This document shows, in pieces, positions 48,297 through 59,613 of a stretch of 64,000 nucleotides of DNA. Origin of the DNA: a virus. Position 1 is the first letter of the stretch, and every line of letters begins with the position of its first letter. The position numbers and the translations under genes are program-made. Under the pieces are notes generated by a model. The model ran no database searches. It had not been told where the DNA came from and saw only the letters and a list, made by a program, of their open reading frames with translations. The stretch lies in the IMG/VR virus record IMGVR_UViG_3300017971_000273; one strand, 5' to 3'.

Positions 48297-48821
48297 ATGG
48301 AAACCAAATGGATAGTATTTCTGGTTTTACTTATCCCGTTCTGGTTGCTTCAGAACACAATCCACGAACTATCGCACGGCCTCACCAGGTATATAGGATG
48401 GAAGTGGAAGTTTAAGCTGTGGCCATTTCCGTCTTGGAAGCTTGGGCGATTCACTTTCGCTCATGTGAAATACGAGAAGACAGAAGAAAGCAAGGAACTT
48501 ACGGATAAAGATAAGGCGCTGGTGTCAGTGATGCCAAAGATAGTCAATGCTGTGTTCATAATCATGGCAGCCATACTATCTGCTGCAATCACTAACAAAG
48601 TTGCTTCAATTATATTCTTGACTTTTACTTGGTTCAACTTCATCGATTTCTGCACTGGCTTTGTGTCTGTGTTCTTTAGAGAACCGAACGAGAGCGATAT
48701 GTGGAGATTTCAGCGGCGCTTGGATCTCCCTGTGAAGTTGTTTAAGGCGCTTTCGGTTGGGGCCATAATCTATATGGCGTTGCCAATTGCACTCTCTACA
48801 ATCTCTTTCTTTGCGGGGTAA
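48297..48821 (+). CDS. membrane HExxH protein (M50-like peptidase)
   Basis: IHELSHG in hydrophobic context, SDMW, multiple TMs. Confidence 0.6.
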   Translation: METKWIVFLVLLIPFWLLQNTIHELSHGLTRYIGWKWKFKLWPFPSWKLGRFTFAHVKYEKTEESKELTDKDKALVSVMPKIVNAVFIIMAAILSAAITNKVASIIFLTFTWFNFIDFCTGFVSVFFREPNESDMWRFQRRLDLPVKLFKALSVGAIIYMALPIALSTISFFAG

Positions 48822-48822
48822 T

Positions 48823-49352
48823 ATGAGCGTTTGGTTTACTAGCGACCATCACTTTGGTCACGGAAATATCATAGGCTACTGCGATAGGCCGTTTGGTGAT
48901 GCCCATGAAATGAATGTCAAAATGTCTAACTACTGGAATGAAGTCATAATGCCAGATGATATTGTGTATCATTTGGGAGATTTCTCATTCCATTCGGATA
49001 AATACATTGACAGATTGAATGGCAGGGTTGTTCTGGTCAAGGGAAATCACGACAATAGCGGCATTGGAAATGTTTTGACTTGGCGGTTGATGGTATAGCT
49101 CTAAAATTGGCTGAGTTTAAATGTTTCCTTACGCATTGGCCAATAGAGGTGGGTTGGAAATACAACCACACCTCGCCAGAACTTCACCTATTAGATGTTT
49201 ACGACTTTATAATCTGTGGCCACGTCCACGAGAAGTGGAAGGTCAAAGGAAAGAATGTCAATGTTGGCGTAGATGTTTGGGATTTCAAACCTATCCACGT
49301 TGATGAACTTGTGAGATTTCTAAGAAAAACAAGAGGAGAAGAAAATGCATGA
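48823..49352 (+). CDS. calcineurin-like metallophosphoesterase, split by an apparent one-base deletion near 49073-49076
   Basis: SDHHFGH, HLGDFS, GNHD in frame 1; LTHWP, CGHVH, NVGVD in frame 2. Confidence 0.85.
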
Positions 49353-49851
49353 AACTGACTTCAACACACTGTTCTACGGGTTTGAGCATTACGGACTTAC
49401 TGAAGAGGAAAAAGAGTCTACGCAGGAGCCAGTGGTAGAGTTTGATTTTGCGAACGAGCTACATCGTGAATATCTCTGCTGGTCTAATGAGTTTACTTTT
49501 GCTCATCTCAAGGTGGGTGATGGTGCTATGACTGTTGGTGGCACGCGCGTTGGTGATAAGCTTTACTACGCAGTTGCCCTTTGTTCCCCAGAGGATAATT
49601 TCTCTAAGGCCAAGGGTAGGGCGTATATTAGAGAACACATTCAATATCCAGAACACAGTAAAAAACGCGGCGTGCTTAAGCTAGCACCGGAGGCTGGGGA
49701 GCTGCCCCCAGCAATCATCTTGAAAACTGCCGCAGAGCTTTACCTTAGCAAGATGAGTCACAAGCCCGCTTGGGCCAGGAAAGCTACTGTTCATTTCAGG
49801 ACTGAGCGCAGGGCGGACAAAAAGCGGAGGCGTGAGGGACGATTGCCGTAA
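49345..49851 (+). CDS. phage hypothetical protein
   Basis: GAGGAG SD; CSPEDNFSKAKGR motif. Confidence 0.7.
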   Translation: MHETDFNTLFYGFEHYGLTEEEKESTQEPVVEFDFANELHREYLCWSNEFTFAHLKVGDGAMTVGGTRVGDKLYYAVALCSPEDNFSKAKGRAYIREHIQYPEHSKKRGVLKLAPEAGELPPAIILKTAAELYLSKMSHKPAWARKATVHFRTERRADKKRRREGRLP

Positions 49852-49869
49852 AAAATCAACAAAAGGGGC

Positions 49870-49897
49870 TTGACTGAATCTCCAGAATGATTATCTT
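49870..49897 (+). promoter_or_regulatory. putative sigma70-type promoter of hsp20
   Basis: TTGACT-N16-TATCTT in an intergenic gap, AAGGAGG SD downstream. Confidence 0.55.
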
Positions 49898-49942
49898 AGT
49901 ATATGTGTTGAAAACTGAGATATTTTTCAAAGGAGGTTTAAG

Positions 49943-50365
49943 ATGTTAATGAGATGGAGTCCTTTTTGGGAGATCAGCGCGGCTGAAAAAGTAGTAAGAA
50001 GGTTGATGGATTTTGATAAATTTACTGGAGAAGGGCTCTTTAGGCCACCGGTAGATGTAAGAGAAGATACAAAAGAAATCGCGGTCGATGTTGAACTTCC
50101 TGGTGTTGACCCCAAAGATGTGAAGATTACAGTGGAAAAAAATACGCTGACCATCGAGGGTGAGAAGAAGCTGGAAAGGAAAGAAGAAGGTGATTTTTAT
50201 AGGGCTGAAAGATACTACGGGGCATTTATTCGGTCCTTCTCTCTCCCCACCTCGGCTGATAGTGAAAAGATTTCAGCTTCTTACGACAAGGGAATATTGA
50301 AGATTACTATTCCCAAAAAGAAAGAAGCGGTCCCCAAACAAATAAAGATTAAGGGAGCCAACTAA
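49943..50365 (+). CDS. Hsp20/alpha-crystallin small heat shock protein
   Basis: PPVDVRE, ELPGVDPKDVKI, LTIEGEK, ERYYGAFIRSFSLP, YDKGILKITIPK. Confidence 0.95.
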   Translation: MLMRWSPFWEISAAEKVVRRLMDFDKFTGEGLFRPPVDVREDTKEIAVDVELPGVDPKDVKITVEKNTLTIEGEKKLERKEEGDFYRAERYYGAFIRSFSLPTSADSEKISASYDKGILKITIPKKKEAVPKQIKIKGAN

Positions 50366-50392
50366 AAGGGCGGGCTTCGGCCCGCCCTTTTT
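50364..50392. terminator. bidirectional intrinsic terminator
   Basis: AAAAGGGCGGGC-TTCG-GCCCGCCCTTTTT. Confidence 0.9.
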
Positions 50393-50471
50393 ATTAATTC
50401 TCTCGCCCACTTATGTCTCTCTACTAATTTCTGTCCATTTAGATGGAAAGGAGACTCTGCTGGGAGGGAGG

Positions 50472-50888
50472 TTGATGTATATTCATTCTAGAAAAAGGAT
50501 ACGAAAAGTATATAAAGCCCTTCTTGATAGGCTTCCAAACACCTATCCACAGGCTAGGCTTGTGGTTCACAGCAGCACTCAAAAGCTAAGAGAATATTAT
50601 ACAAAAACCGAAGGCAAAGAAAGTGGAGATCCGCCGTGCGCCTATTGCGATGTCGAAGGCTGGACGATTCATGTGCCAGTGGACTTAGATTTTAGTTTTA
50701 GAGGCACTATGCCACGGCGATTTGCTGAGATTATGCTTCATGAAATTGGACATTTGTATGTCCATCAAAAATACGGGGAAGACGATCCCCGATGGGATGA
50801 CCACGAGACGGCAGAAAAGTACGCCGACAGATTCGCTGCTCGATGGATTAAGAGAATCGATAAGGAGGGTTTCTTTAAAAATCTATGA
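50472..50888 (+). CDS. HExxH zinc metallopeptidase-like protein
   Basis: IMLHEIGHLY...E..ADRFA. Confidence 0.65.
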   Translation: MMYIHSRKRIRKVYKALLDRLPNTYPQARLVVHSSTQKLREYYTKTEGKESGDPPCAYCDVEGWTIHVPVDLDFSFRGTMPRRFAEIMLHEIGHLYVHQKYGEDDPRWDDHETAEKYADRFAARWIKRIDKEGFFKNL

Positions 50889-51556
50889 AAAAAATCTTAG
50901 CACTTATTCTTTGCCTATTCTTAGCTAGCTGCTACACCTTTAATCGTTCTGGTTTCGTAAATCAAAAAATTGAAGATATGTATTTTTCGAGCGTTTCCGT
51001 TACTAACAATGTCGGAAAATCTTCCGGCAGTGGAACGATTATTTGGAACAAGGGTGGCGATTATATGATGGTAATAACTTCCGCCCATGTGATAAAAAGC
51101 ATGCAGAAAAGAAAGAAGGCCATACACATTACTTTTACCTATAGTAGCGCCATCAAACCGATGAAGGTGGTTAAGTTAGATGAGAAAAAGGATTTAGCCT
51201 TACTAATGGGTTATGCGAAAGAGGTAAGCGATGGCCCATACGTTAGAGTGGCGACAAAATCTCCTAACATAGGAGATACTGTGTGGGCCATTGGAACTCC
51301 GATGAGCGTTAAATCTACAGTGACCAAAGGCAACCTAAGCAATTTTGTTTGGGAGGAAAAGCCCAAACGCTTGACTTACAGATTCACCGCCGATGTATTC
51401 TTTGGAAATTCTGGCGGCGGCGTGTTCAATGAGAGAGGGGAGCTGGTTGGTGTTGTAGACAGCATCTCTTATCTTAGAATGTCGGTTTTTTCCTCGATGC
51501 TGATTCCAGGTGGAAACTACGCAGTCGGCTTAGAAGAGATAAGGAAATTCCTATAA
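50885..51556 (+). CDS. trypsin-like serine protease lipoprotein
   Basis: LASC lipobox; TSAHV, DLALL, GNSGGG triad. Confidence 0.88.
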   Translation: MKKILALILCLFLASCYTFNRSGFVNQKIEDMYFSSVSVTNNVGKSSGSGTIIWNKGGDYMMVITSAHVIKSMQKRKKAIHITFTYSSAIKPMKVVKLDEKKDLALLMGYAKEVSDGPYVRVATKSPNIGDTVWAIGTPMSVKSTVTKGNLSNFVWEEKPKRLTYRFTADVFFGNSGGGVFNERGELVGVVDSISYLRMSVFSSMLIPGGNYAVGLEEIRKFL

Positions 51557-51581
51557 TCTAAAACGAATACATACAAACCTT

Positions 51582-51615
51582 AAAAGGATACACCGATGTT
51601 GGTGTATCCTTTTTT
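51582..51615 (+). terminator. intrinsic terminator
   Basis: AAAAGGATACACC-GATGTT-GGTGTATCCTTTTTT. Confidence 0.85.
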
Positions 51616-51629
51616 ATTGGAGGGAAACA

Positions 51630-51902
51630 ATGGTAGCAGGAAAGACGAAGGGCAAGTCTAGTTCTGGCAAGCTGAAGATTCGCAATGAGGCCAGCAACAG
51701 AATTCGCAGAATTAAAACGGAGATTCGCAGGTGCGAGAAGAAACTTAATAAGCTGCTAGCTAGGTTCAACGAGGGTAAGAAGCGGTGGAAATTGAAGGGT
51801 AAAAAGAAAGAGCCTATTGATAAGCTACAGGGAATTGCTCCCGGCAGCAGAAGACATGAGAGACTTGAGGCTCACATTGAATTTTTGAAAGCGTTAGTAT
51901 AG
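51630..51902 (+). CDS. Lys/Arg-rich hypothetical protein
   Basis: GGAGG SD. Confidence 0.65.
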   Translation: MVAGKTKGKSSSGKLKIRNEASNRIRRIKTEIRRCEKKLNKLLARFNEGKKRWKLKGKKKEPIDKLQGIAPGSRRHERLEAHIEFLKALV

Positions 51903-51910
51903 GAGGAGCT

Positions 51911-53413
51911 ATGGGCGCATCTATGAAGGTGAAGGCTTGGAAGGCTGGCGATGCCAAGCAGCCCAACTTTCCATCTACTTTCAAGGTCACGAAAAGGTGG
52001 GAAGGGAATTGCACCGACGTTGCAAAGAACAATAACAAGTTCTATCATGCTGAGATTCAGGTTGCTGCAAACGGTAAGGCCAGAATCATGACGATGTATG
52101 GAAGAGTTGGAGCCAAAAATCCCACGACGGAACACAGATACTATCAATCCGAATCAGCCTGTATAAGCGACTATGAGTCGCTAGTTAGAAAGAAAAGGGA
52201 CAGAAAGAGAAATCCCTATAGAGAAGTGGATCTGGCTATTACGGATGTTGGCTCACAGGGAGCCAAGGAAATCAAGAAGCCCATGACGGGGCTTAAAGTT
52301 AAGGGAAAGATCAAGCAAGCTGATGGCAGCTCATCTTTGCACCCAGAAGTGGTCCGCATGGTGTCTGGTTGGTTTGGGACAACCGGCCAGTTTATCACAA
52401 TGACGCTGAAGTGTCCCCTTGGACAATTGACGAAAGAGCAGATTGATAAGGGACGAGCGGTTCTGGATGATTGTAAATCCAGAGTTAATGCCAAAACTAA
52501 GTCTGGTTCCAGCGAATATGACCAACTAACCAGTCAGTTCTATAGCCTTATTCCTCATGTGCTTCCACACAAGATTGACCCGGCATCCCTAAGGTTGGAT
52601 ACCATAGACAAGATCATGGAGAAACATGACACTTTGGACACCTTCTTGGACGCCAAAAATGTTGCATCTGTGCTAGGTAAGGGAAGTGCTATTGATGACC
52701 AGTATAAGAAATTGAATGCGGAATTAGACTGGATAGATCCCAAGAGCCCGACTGGGCAGTGGATTACGAAGCTGTTGTTTGAGACTCGCGCATCCAACCA
52801 CCAGTTCTTAGGAAAGATAAAGCTCTACAATATCTTTAGTCTTGAGAGGAATAAGGAAAGTGATCATTTCAACGATACGCTCACTAGAGTTGCGAGACAG
52901 GTTAAGGGTAAGAGCGAGAAGCCAAGATTCACCACACTACAACGCCCTGATCTACAAACTGACGAACGGAAACTCTTTACGCAAGCTAATGTGTGGCCAC
53001 TTTGGCACGGGACGCGTCCCCAGAACATGGTGGGCATCATTTCAAGAGGTCTCTTGATCAGGCCATCTGGCGCCGTTCATACTGGGTCGATGTTTGGTGA
53101 TGCGCTCTATCACGCCGAGAGTAGTTCTAAGTCCATGAATTATTGTGGGTGTAGAGGAGCTTTCTGGTCTGGAAAGACCCAGAACGATAGAGTCTTTATG
53201 TTTTTGGAAGATGTGATTGTAGGCAAGCCACATATCGTCACCAGCTCTCAGTTCTTTAGAGAGCCTCCGAGGGGCACGCATAGTGTTTATGCTGTTCCTA
53301 GCAACCGAGGATATGGTGGCCTTTACAACTCCGAAAATATGACCTATGCCTCTTCTGGCCCAGGCCAGCAACATAGGCTTAGATATATTGTGGAGTTTCA
53401 GGCGAATATGTAA
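51911..53413 (+). CDS. PARP-family ADP-ribosyltransferase (WGR + regulatory + catalytic domains)
   Basis: NNNKFY...YGRVG...KKR..PY (WGR); PLGQLTKEQI, LTSQFYSLIPH (regulatory); WHGT, GSMFGDALY, SKSMNY, LYNSE (H-Y-E). Confidence 0.88.
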   Translation: MGASMKVKAWKAGDAKQPNFPSTFKVTKRWEGNCTDVAKNNNKFYHAEIQVAANGKARIMTMYGRVGAKNPTTEHRYYQSESACISDYESLVRKKRDRKRNPYREVDLAITDVGSQGAKEIKKPMTGLKVKGKIKQADGSSSLHPEVVRMVSGWFGTTGQFITMTLKCPLGQLTKEQIDKGRAVLDDCKSRVNAKTKSGSSEYDQLTSQFYSLIPHVLPHKIDPASLRLDTIDKIMEKHDTLDTFLDAKNVASVLGKGSAIDDQYKKLNAELDWIDPKSPTGQWITKLLFETRASNHQFLGKIKLYNIFSLERNKESDHFNDTLTRVARQVKGKSEKPRFTTLQRPDLQTDERKLFTQANVWPLWHGTRPQNMVGIISRGLLIRPSGAVHTGSMFGDALYHAESSSKSMNYCGCRGAFWSGKTQNDRVFMFLEDVIVGKPHIVTSSQFFREPPRGTHSVYAVPSNRGYGGLYNSENMTYASSGPGQQHRLRYIVEFQANM

Positions 53414-53712
53414 TGGTAATAACAGACCAAGATACATCCATTATATTGATGGCCGATCAAAATCCTTTTGGTCTTAGGATTAAAGGCTACGATAAAAATG
53501 GGGACATGATGAGAGGAATTATCAAGATTAATCTTGTAAGTCTTGAGGCTGAACAGATTGTCTTTGATAATAGCGGGCTTGTTCAGTTTGATATTAATGG
53601 TAATGTAATGACGCAAACAGTAGAAGTAGATTTAGTCACCATTGAGCATCCAAATGGGAGCGATTCCCTTATGTCTAAAAGGGTGGTGAATGTCGGGAGT
53701 ATGAACCCATGA
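53413..53712 (+). CDS. hypothetical protein
   Basis: TAATG coupling to the PARP gene. Confidence 0.55.
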   Translation: MVITDQDTSIILMADQNPFGLRIKGYDKNGDMMRGIIKINLVSLEAEQIVFDNSGLVQFDINGNVMTQTVEVDLVTIEHPNGSDSLMSKRVVNVGSMNP

Positions 53713-54839
53713 CGATAAAGATATTTTACACATCAAGGAAATACAAGGAGAATTGGGATAAGGTTTTTGGAAAAGATGAGCCCCTAGTTGCGGAAAAAGA
53801 CTACAAAGACTTGTATGGCTATGGCCTTCCAGACTGGCAAGATATAGTATTTAAGCCAAACAGCTTTGATAATTTTTGCATTAAGCATAACCTATTTGAC
53901 GGTTATGGAGACTTTTTCACAAAAGAGAAAGAGGAGGAAGAAATGGATTTGAAAACGAAGGTATTGGATGTAATTAGCGATCTTTGCGATGACGTGGTGT
54001 CTTTTACTAGCTTGGATGTAAGCAACAGAGTGAAGCAGGAAGGGTTCGCAGATACTCGCCACAGGCAAATTGCTCCGGTTGTTCGTCAGGCCTATATGGA
54101 CGGCGAGCTTGATTTCTTTGGTTATTCGAGAACTTTGATTTCCGTTACCTTGAATAACGGACAAACGACTAACGCTTTCTTGTATCATCATCAGTCAGTA
54201 GATCCGGACTCTTATGATAAGCTGAACCAGATTGCTATTATTCCGGTTGCTACTCCCGCTCCTGCTGCCGATGCGGATGACGATGACTATTCTCCCGTAA
54301 AATTTGATCCAGATCCCGACGATGCCCAACAGGCTTTCGACAGTGCCTTGGCAAATAAGAGCGATGCTCAGAAGGCCTTTGACAATGCGCTTGCAGCGAA
54401 GCAGGATATGCCTTCCAGTAGCGATGTGACTGCTTCAGCACCGAGGGTTGTGAATACCACTCCTGTTGCCGCACCTACCAGTAATGATGGGCTGCTGGAC
54501 ACTGCTGATCGAGAGACTACATATGAAGGTCGTATGGAAGTTCCTGCTGGTTGGGTTCCGCGCATGGGTTGGACTGCTGGTAATGCCGTCTATGCCATTC
54601 TTAATAGAGACAAAATTATCATGAAGACCAGTGTGGTTCAGGGCGAAAATGTTGTGGGAACCATGTATATTAATAGCGACGGGCGACTTCGGTTGACCAA
54701 GATGGCTTCCGTGAATGCTGGCTGGCGAGTTACTTATGGACTCTCCAGAAAGCTGAGTCGTTTTGCTGATAGGATTGAGGTTGAGTGTGCGAACCATCCA
54801 GCTCCGCCGCCTGCCCCAACCTCAACCTTTTGTTTCTAA
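53709..54839 (+). CDS. hypothetical protein with C-terminal AbrB/MraZ-like repeats; probable internal start at 53943
   Basis: EGRMEVPAGW...MGW and DGRLRL; GAGGAGG SD before ATG 53943. Confidence 0.65.
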   Translation: MTIKIFYTSRKYKENWDKVFGKDEPLVAEKDYKDLYGYGLPDWQDIVFKPNSFDNFCIKHNLFDGYGDFFTKEKEEEEMDLKTKVLDVISDLCDDVVSFTSLDVSNRVKQEGFADTRHRQIAPVVRQAYMDGELDFFGYSRTLISVTLNNGQTTNAFLYHHQSVDPDSYDKLNQIAIIPVATPAPAADADDDDYSPVKFDPDPDDAQQAFDSALANKSDAQKAFDNALAAKQDMPSSSDVTASAPRVVNTTPVAAPTSNDGLLDTADRETTYEGRMEVPAGWVPRMGWTAGNAVYAILNRDKIIMKTSVVQGENVVGTMYINSDGRLRLTKMASVNAGWRVTYGLSRKLSRFADRIEVECANHPAPPPAPTSTFCF

Positions 54840-54850
54840 AAGGAGAATAA

Positions 54851-55357
54851 ATGGCTTTTAAGCCAATTAGATGTGGAGACGGGAAGAGAGCTACGCCTTA
54901 TCTGAGGAAGCATCTTCCCGATCTCGACATCTCCAGAGATGTCTTAGCGGTTGATTTGGGCTGCGGGAATCTCAGGAATACTAACTATTTGAAGGAACTT
55001 GGATTTAAGAAGATAAGTCCGTTTGATAAAGCTGGAGACTTTGGATTCCAAGTGGATTTGGGAAAAGAAAAAGTTCCGGTTTTTGATAGAAGTGTGGGTT
55101 TGATTTTGTGTAATTATGTGTTGTGTTTTTTGAACAAACCAGAAAAGGCTCATCTTGCTAGTGAGATAGAAAGGATGGCTGCCCCTGGTTGTTATTTATT
55201 CGTGGAACTTTATCCCGCGAAGAAAGCGTATAAATATACCACCGATGCTGTCTGCAATTTATTCCAAGGTTGGGAAATTATTCACAAAGTTAAGGACCGC
55301 TTTATCTTCAGAAAAATCGCATGGAAGCGAGGGATCATTGAAGAGAAAGACGCATGA
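54851..55357 (+). CDS. class I SAM-dependent methyltransferase
   Basis: VDLGCGNLRN motif I, FD, LILCNYVLCFL. Confidence 0.8.
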   Translation: MAFKPIRCGDGKRATPYLRKHLPDLDISRDVLAVDLGCGNLRNTNYLKELGFKKISPFDKAGDFGFQVDLGKEKVPVFDRSVGLILCNYVLCFLNKPEKAHLASEIERMAAPGCYLFVELYPAKKAYKYTTDAVCNLFQGWEIIHKVKDRFIFRKIAWKRGIIEEKDA

Positions 55358-55574
55358 CTATACCGAAAGATATTGGGGCCATGACTATACCTTTGAGCCA
55401 ATCGCTGGTGGTCTCTACGGCAGGATGATGGGTTGGGGCCACGGAATCAGGGATGGAGATTATCTCATCCTTCTCAGTGGCGATGAGACCACAAGATATA
55501 AAGTAGATTCAATATCTTACTACAGAGATCCTCCCGACATGTGGAAAGCTGAAGTTTCTTTTGCTCCAAGATAA
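55338..55574 (+). CDS. hypothetical protein
   Basis: probable TTG start; HDYT motif twice. Confidence 0.5.
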   Translation: MKRKTHDYTERYWGHDYTFEPIAGGLYGRMMGWGHGIRDGDYLILLSGDETTRYKVDSISYYRDPPDMWKAEVSFAPR

Positions 55575-55581
55575 AAAACAC

Positions 55582-57259
<1,678 letters not shown>

Positions 57260-57278
57260 GCTTGTTGCTTACATATCT

Positions 57279-57310
57279 AAAGCCCGACTCGCTAAGGGTC
57301 GGGCTTTTTT
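57279..57310 (+). terminator. intrinsic terminator
   Basis: AAAGCCCGAC...GTCGGGCTTTTTT. Confidence 0.85.
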
Positions 57311-57324
57311 CGTAGGGAGAGAGA

Positions 57325-58278
57325 ATGAACGAATATACGAAAGAAGCAGCAAGATTAGGCGTTAAGATACACAACTGTGGAGTCAGCGTTTTTCCAAAAG
57401 CAGATGGGCGCGTAGAGATTCCGCAGTTTGTAGTTCACGCAATGGGCTGGGAAAGAATTAATAAAGCATATATAACTATTGAAGATATAGGGGTGTGCGT
57501 ATATGCTAATGATGAGGGATTGAATACCGCCGGGCTTACTTTGGTTAGTGGTGGCCGTATAAGAATCCCTGCCGGCATTCTCAAGAAAACGGTCTTTTTC
57601 AAGAGGCCTCTTGTGTTTGTTATTGAAAGAAATCGTGTTATTGCTCGCAAGAGAGCCGAGCTAAGTGATGTAGAAGAGGGCCTTAAGAATATCTTTGGAG
57701 ATGAAGAGATTGAGCAGATTGGTGTTGAGCCACCTCGTAAATCTGCCCCCAAGGAAAAGCCGATAAATGTAGGGAAGCCAGAACTTATCATGCTTGATAC
57801 GAATAATATTACTACATTCAGACCGGTTGGCTCCCCGTTTAAGTTCGCGGCCTCTTTCAACAATACACAAAGAGAAATTGTATTCAGTGCTCCCAGACAT
57901 AATATCTTCCCGTTCTATTTGATTCCAGGAATTAAAAGAGTAAATAAGAATAGTTTTATCATAGGATTCCTACTTCTAAGTTCCAGAACACACGAGCGAC
58001 TTTGTTGGAAAATAAAAGAGAATGGTATAGACAGAGAAGTGATGTTCTATCCAGGTCAAACAGAAATGGGTGGGTTCCGTGTGTTTACCAATCCACCAAA
58101 CACAAAGTATTCTCCCGAATTAATTAGGCGGGCAAAGCATATGTGTGAAGATCCAAAAAATCTATTGGAGACTCATTTCAGACAAGTTGTTCAGAATAGA
58201 AACAATGATGTCTATTCTACCCCGCCCTCTATAATTGCCAGTCAAACAATCAATCTTATGTGCCCGGAGGAAAAATAA
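57325..58278 (+). CDS. hypothetical protein with two N-terminal AbrB/MraZ-like repeats
   Basis: ADGRVEIP...MGW and GGRIRIPAG. Confidence 0.65.
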   Translation: MNEYTKEAARLGVKIHNCGVSVFPKADGRVEIPQFVVHAMGWERINKAYITIEDIGVCVYANDEGLNTAGLTLVSGGRIRIPAGILKKTVFFKRPLVFVIERNRVIARKRAELSDVEEGLKNIFGDEEIEQIGVEPPRKSAPKEKPINVGKPELIMLDTNNITTFRPVGSPFKFAASFNNTQREIVFSAPRHNIFPFYLIPGIKRVNKNSFIIGFLLLSSRTHERLCWKIKENGIDREVMFYPGQTEMGGFRVFTNPPNTKYSPELIRRAKHMCEDPKNLLETHFRQVVQNRNNDVYSTPPSIIASQTINLMCPEEK

Positions 58279-58281
58279 GTA

Positions 58282-58803
58282 ATGAGAGACAATGTAGGTG
58301 CTTGTATTAACCAGAATATTCGTGCTTCACAAGTTCTTCTAATTGACCAAGACGGAAATAACCTAGGAAGCGTTCCTATTAGAGATGCGTTGAAGATGGC
58401 CGAAGATGCCGACCTTGACTTGGTTGAAGTAAATCAAGGAAAAAGCGGCTCTGTTTGTCGCATTATGGACTACGGCAAGTGGAAATACGAGCAAACCAAA
58501 AAGATTAAGAAAAACACGCATCATAAGAAAGTCATGAAAGAAATTAACTTTCGCCCTACTACCGGAACTAATGACCTAACATATCGGGCCAAACAAGTTG
58601 ATAAATTTCTTAAAGCCGGAAATAAAGTGAAGTTGGTTGTGAAGTTCAAGGGGAGGGAGCAAGCGCATATGTATGAAACTGGTAAGGCGCTACTCGAAAG
58701 ATTTCTTGATTTAGTTACGGCCAGCTATGCTATTTACGATACTGCTAAGAGCGATGGCAGATCCATCGTGCTGCTGTTGAACCCCCAAAATGAGGAAAAA
58801 TGA
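58282..58803 (+). CDS. infC: translation initiation factor IF-3
   Basis: INQNIRASQVLLID, DLDLVEV, CRIMDYGKWKYE, KEINFRP, KFKGRE. Confidence 0.93.
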   Translation: MRDNVGACINQNIRASQVLLIDQDGNNLGSVPIRDALKMAEDADLDLVEVNQGKSGSVCRIMDYGKWKYEQTKKIKKNTHHKKVMKEINFRPTTGTNDLTYRAKQVDKFLKAGNKVKLVVKFKGREQAHMYETGKALLERFLDLVTASYAIYDTAKSDGRSIVLLLNPQNEEK

Positions 58804-59309
58804 TAATCACAGACACTTCCGAACTACGAAAGAAAAACGAAAAGGCGTCGGCAGAGGAAGCTCAAGAAATAATTAAGAAATTAGAAAGAGAGCTTGTCGA
58901 GTCTAAGGCGCCTGGAATTGGCCTTGCTGCAAACCAGATAGGAATAAACAAGAAGGTTGCCATTGTCAGAATCAAACACGAAAATGATGATGACGAGAAT
59001 CTGGATCTTGTGAATCCTGTTATGGTGGATCAATGGGGCAGCTTCATCCATAAGGGCGAAGGTTGCCTGAGTATGCCTGGTAAACAAATAAATACGAATA
59101 GATACAGAGAGGTGTTCGTAAAAGATGATCTTCATCCCGCTGGTTTCATTGCTACGGGCCTTGCTGCTATAGCTATACAGCATGAGATTGATCACCTGGA
59201 GAATATGCTAATCACTGATCGCGTGGCTGGTAAGGGTAAGATTAAGAGGAATGATAAATGTCCCTGCGGCAGCGGGAAAAAATGGAAGAAATGTCATGGC
59301 AAAAGATAA
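58800..59309 (+). CDS. def: peptide deformylase with C-terminal SEC-C motif
   Basis: GIGLAANQIG, EGCLS, QHEIDHL; RNDKCPCGSGKKWKKCH. Confidence 0.92.
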   Translation: MIITDTSELRKKNEKASAEEAQEIIKKLERELVESKAPGIGLAANQIGINKKVAIVRIKHENDDDENLDLVNPVMVDQWGSFIHKGEGCLSMPGKQINTNRYREVFVKDDLHPAGFIATGLAAIAIQHEIDHLENMLITDRVAGKGKIKRNDKCPCGSGKKWKKCHGKR

Positions 59310-59613
59310 GAAAAAGTCGGCTAGTAGCCGAAGACCAAGAATGGCCACAAGAAAATCAAAGTTCTACTGCCCAGAATCTCCCTATGTGCTCTGGCATCAT
59401 GGACTAGTATTCGCTGAGTGCCCAGTGTGCTCAGAAGATAGAGACATGAACGAGTGCGAAAAGTGTCCGCTGAGAGGTGAGGGCAAGTTCAAAAGTAGAA
59501 GAAGTAAGAAGCAACGCTATAAAAAAGATATACCAAGGTTAGAAAGAAGAGGCAAAGAACCAATACCGAGTATAGGAAAAACCTACACAAGCAAAGAAGA
59601 CACAAAGTCCTGA
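59296..59613 (+). CDS. basic Cys-rich hypothetical protein
   Basis: CPVC...CEKCP. Confidence 0.6.
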   Translation: MAKDKKKSASSRRPRMATRKSKFYCPESPYVLWHHGLVFAECPVCSEDRDMNECEKCPLRGEGKFKSRRSKKQRYKKDIPRLERRGKEPIPSIGKTYTSKEDTKS

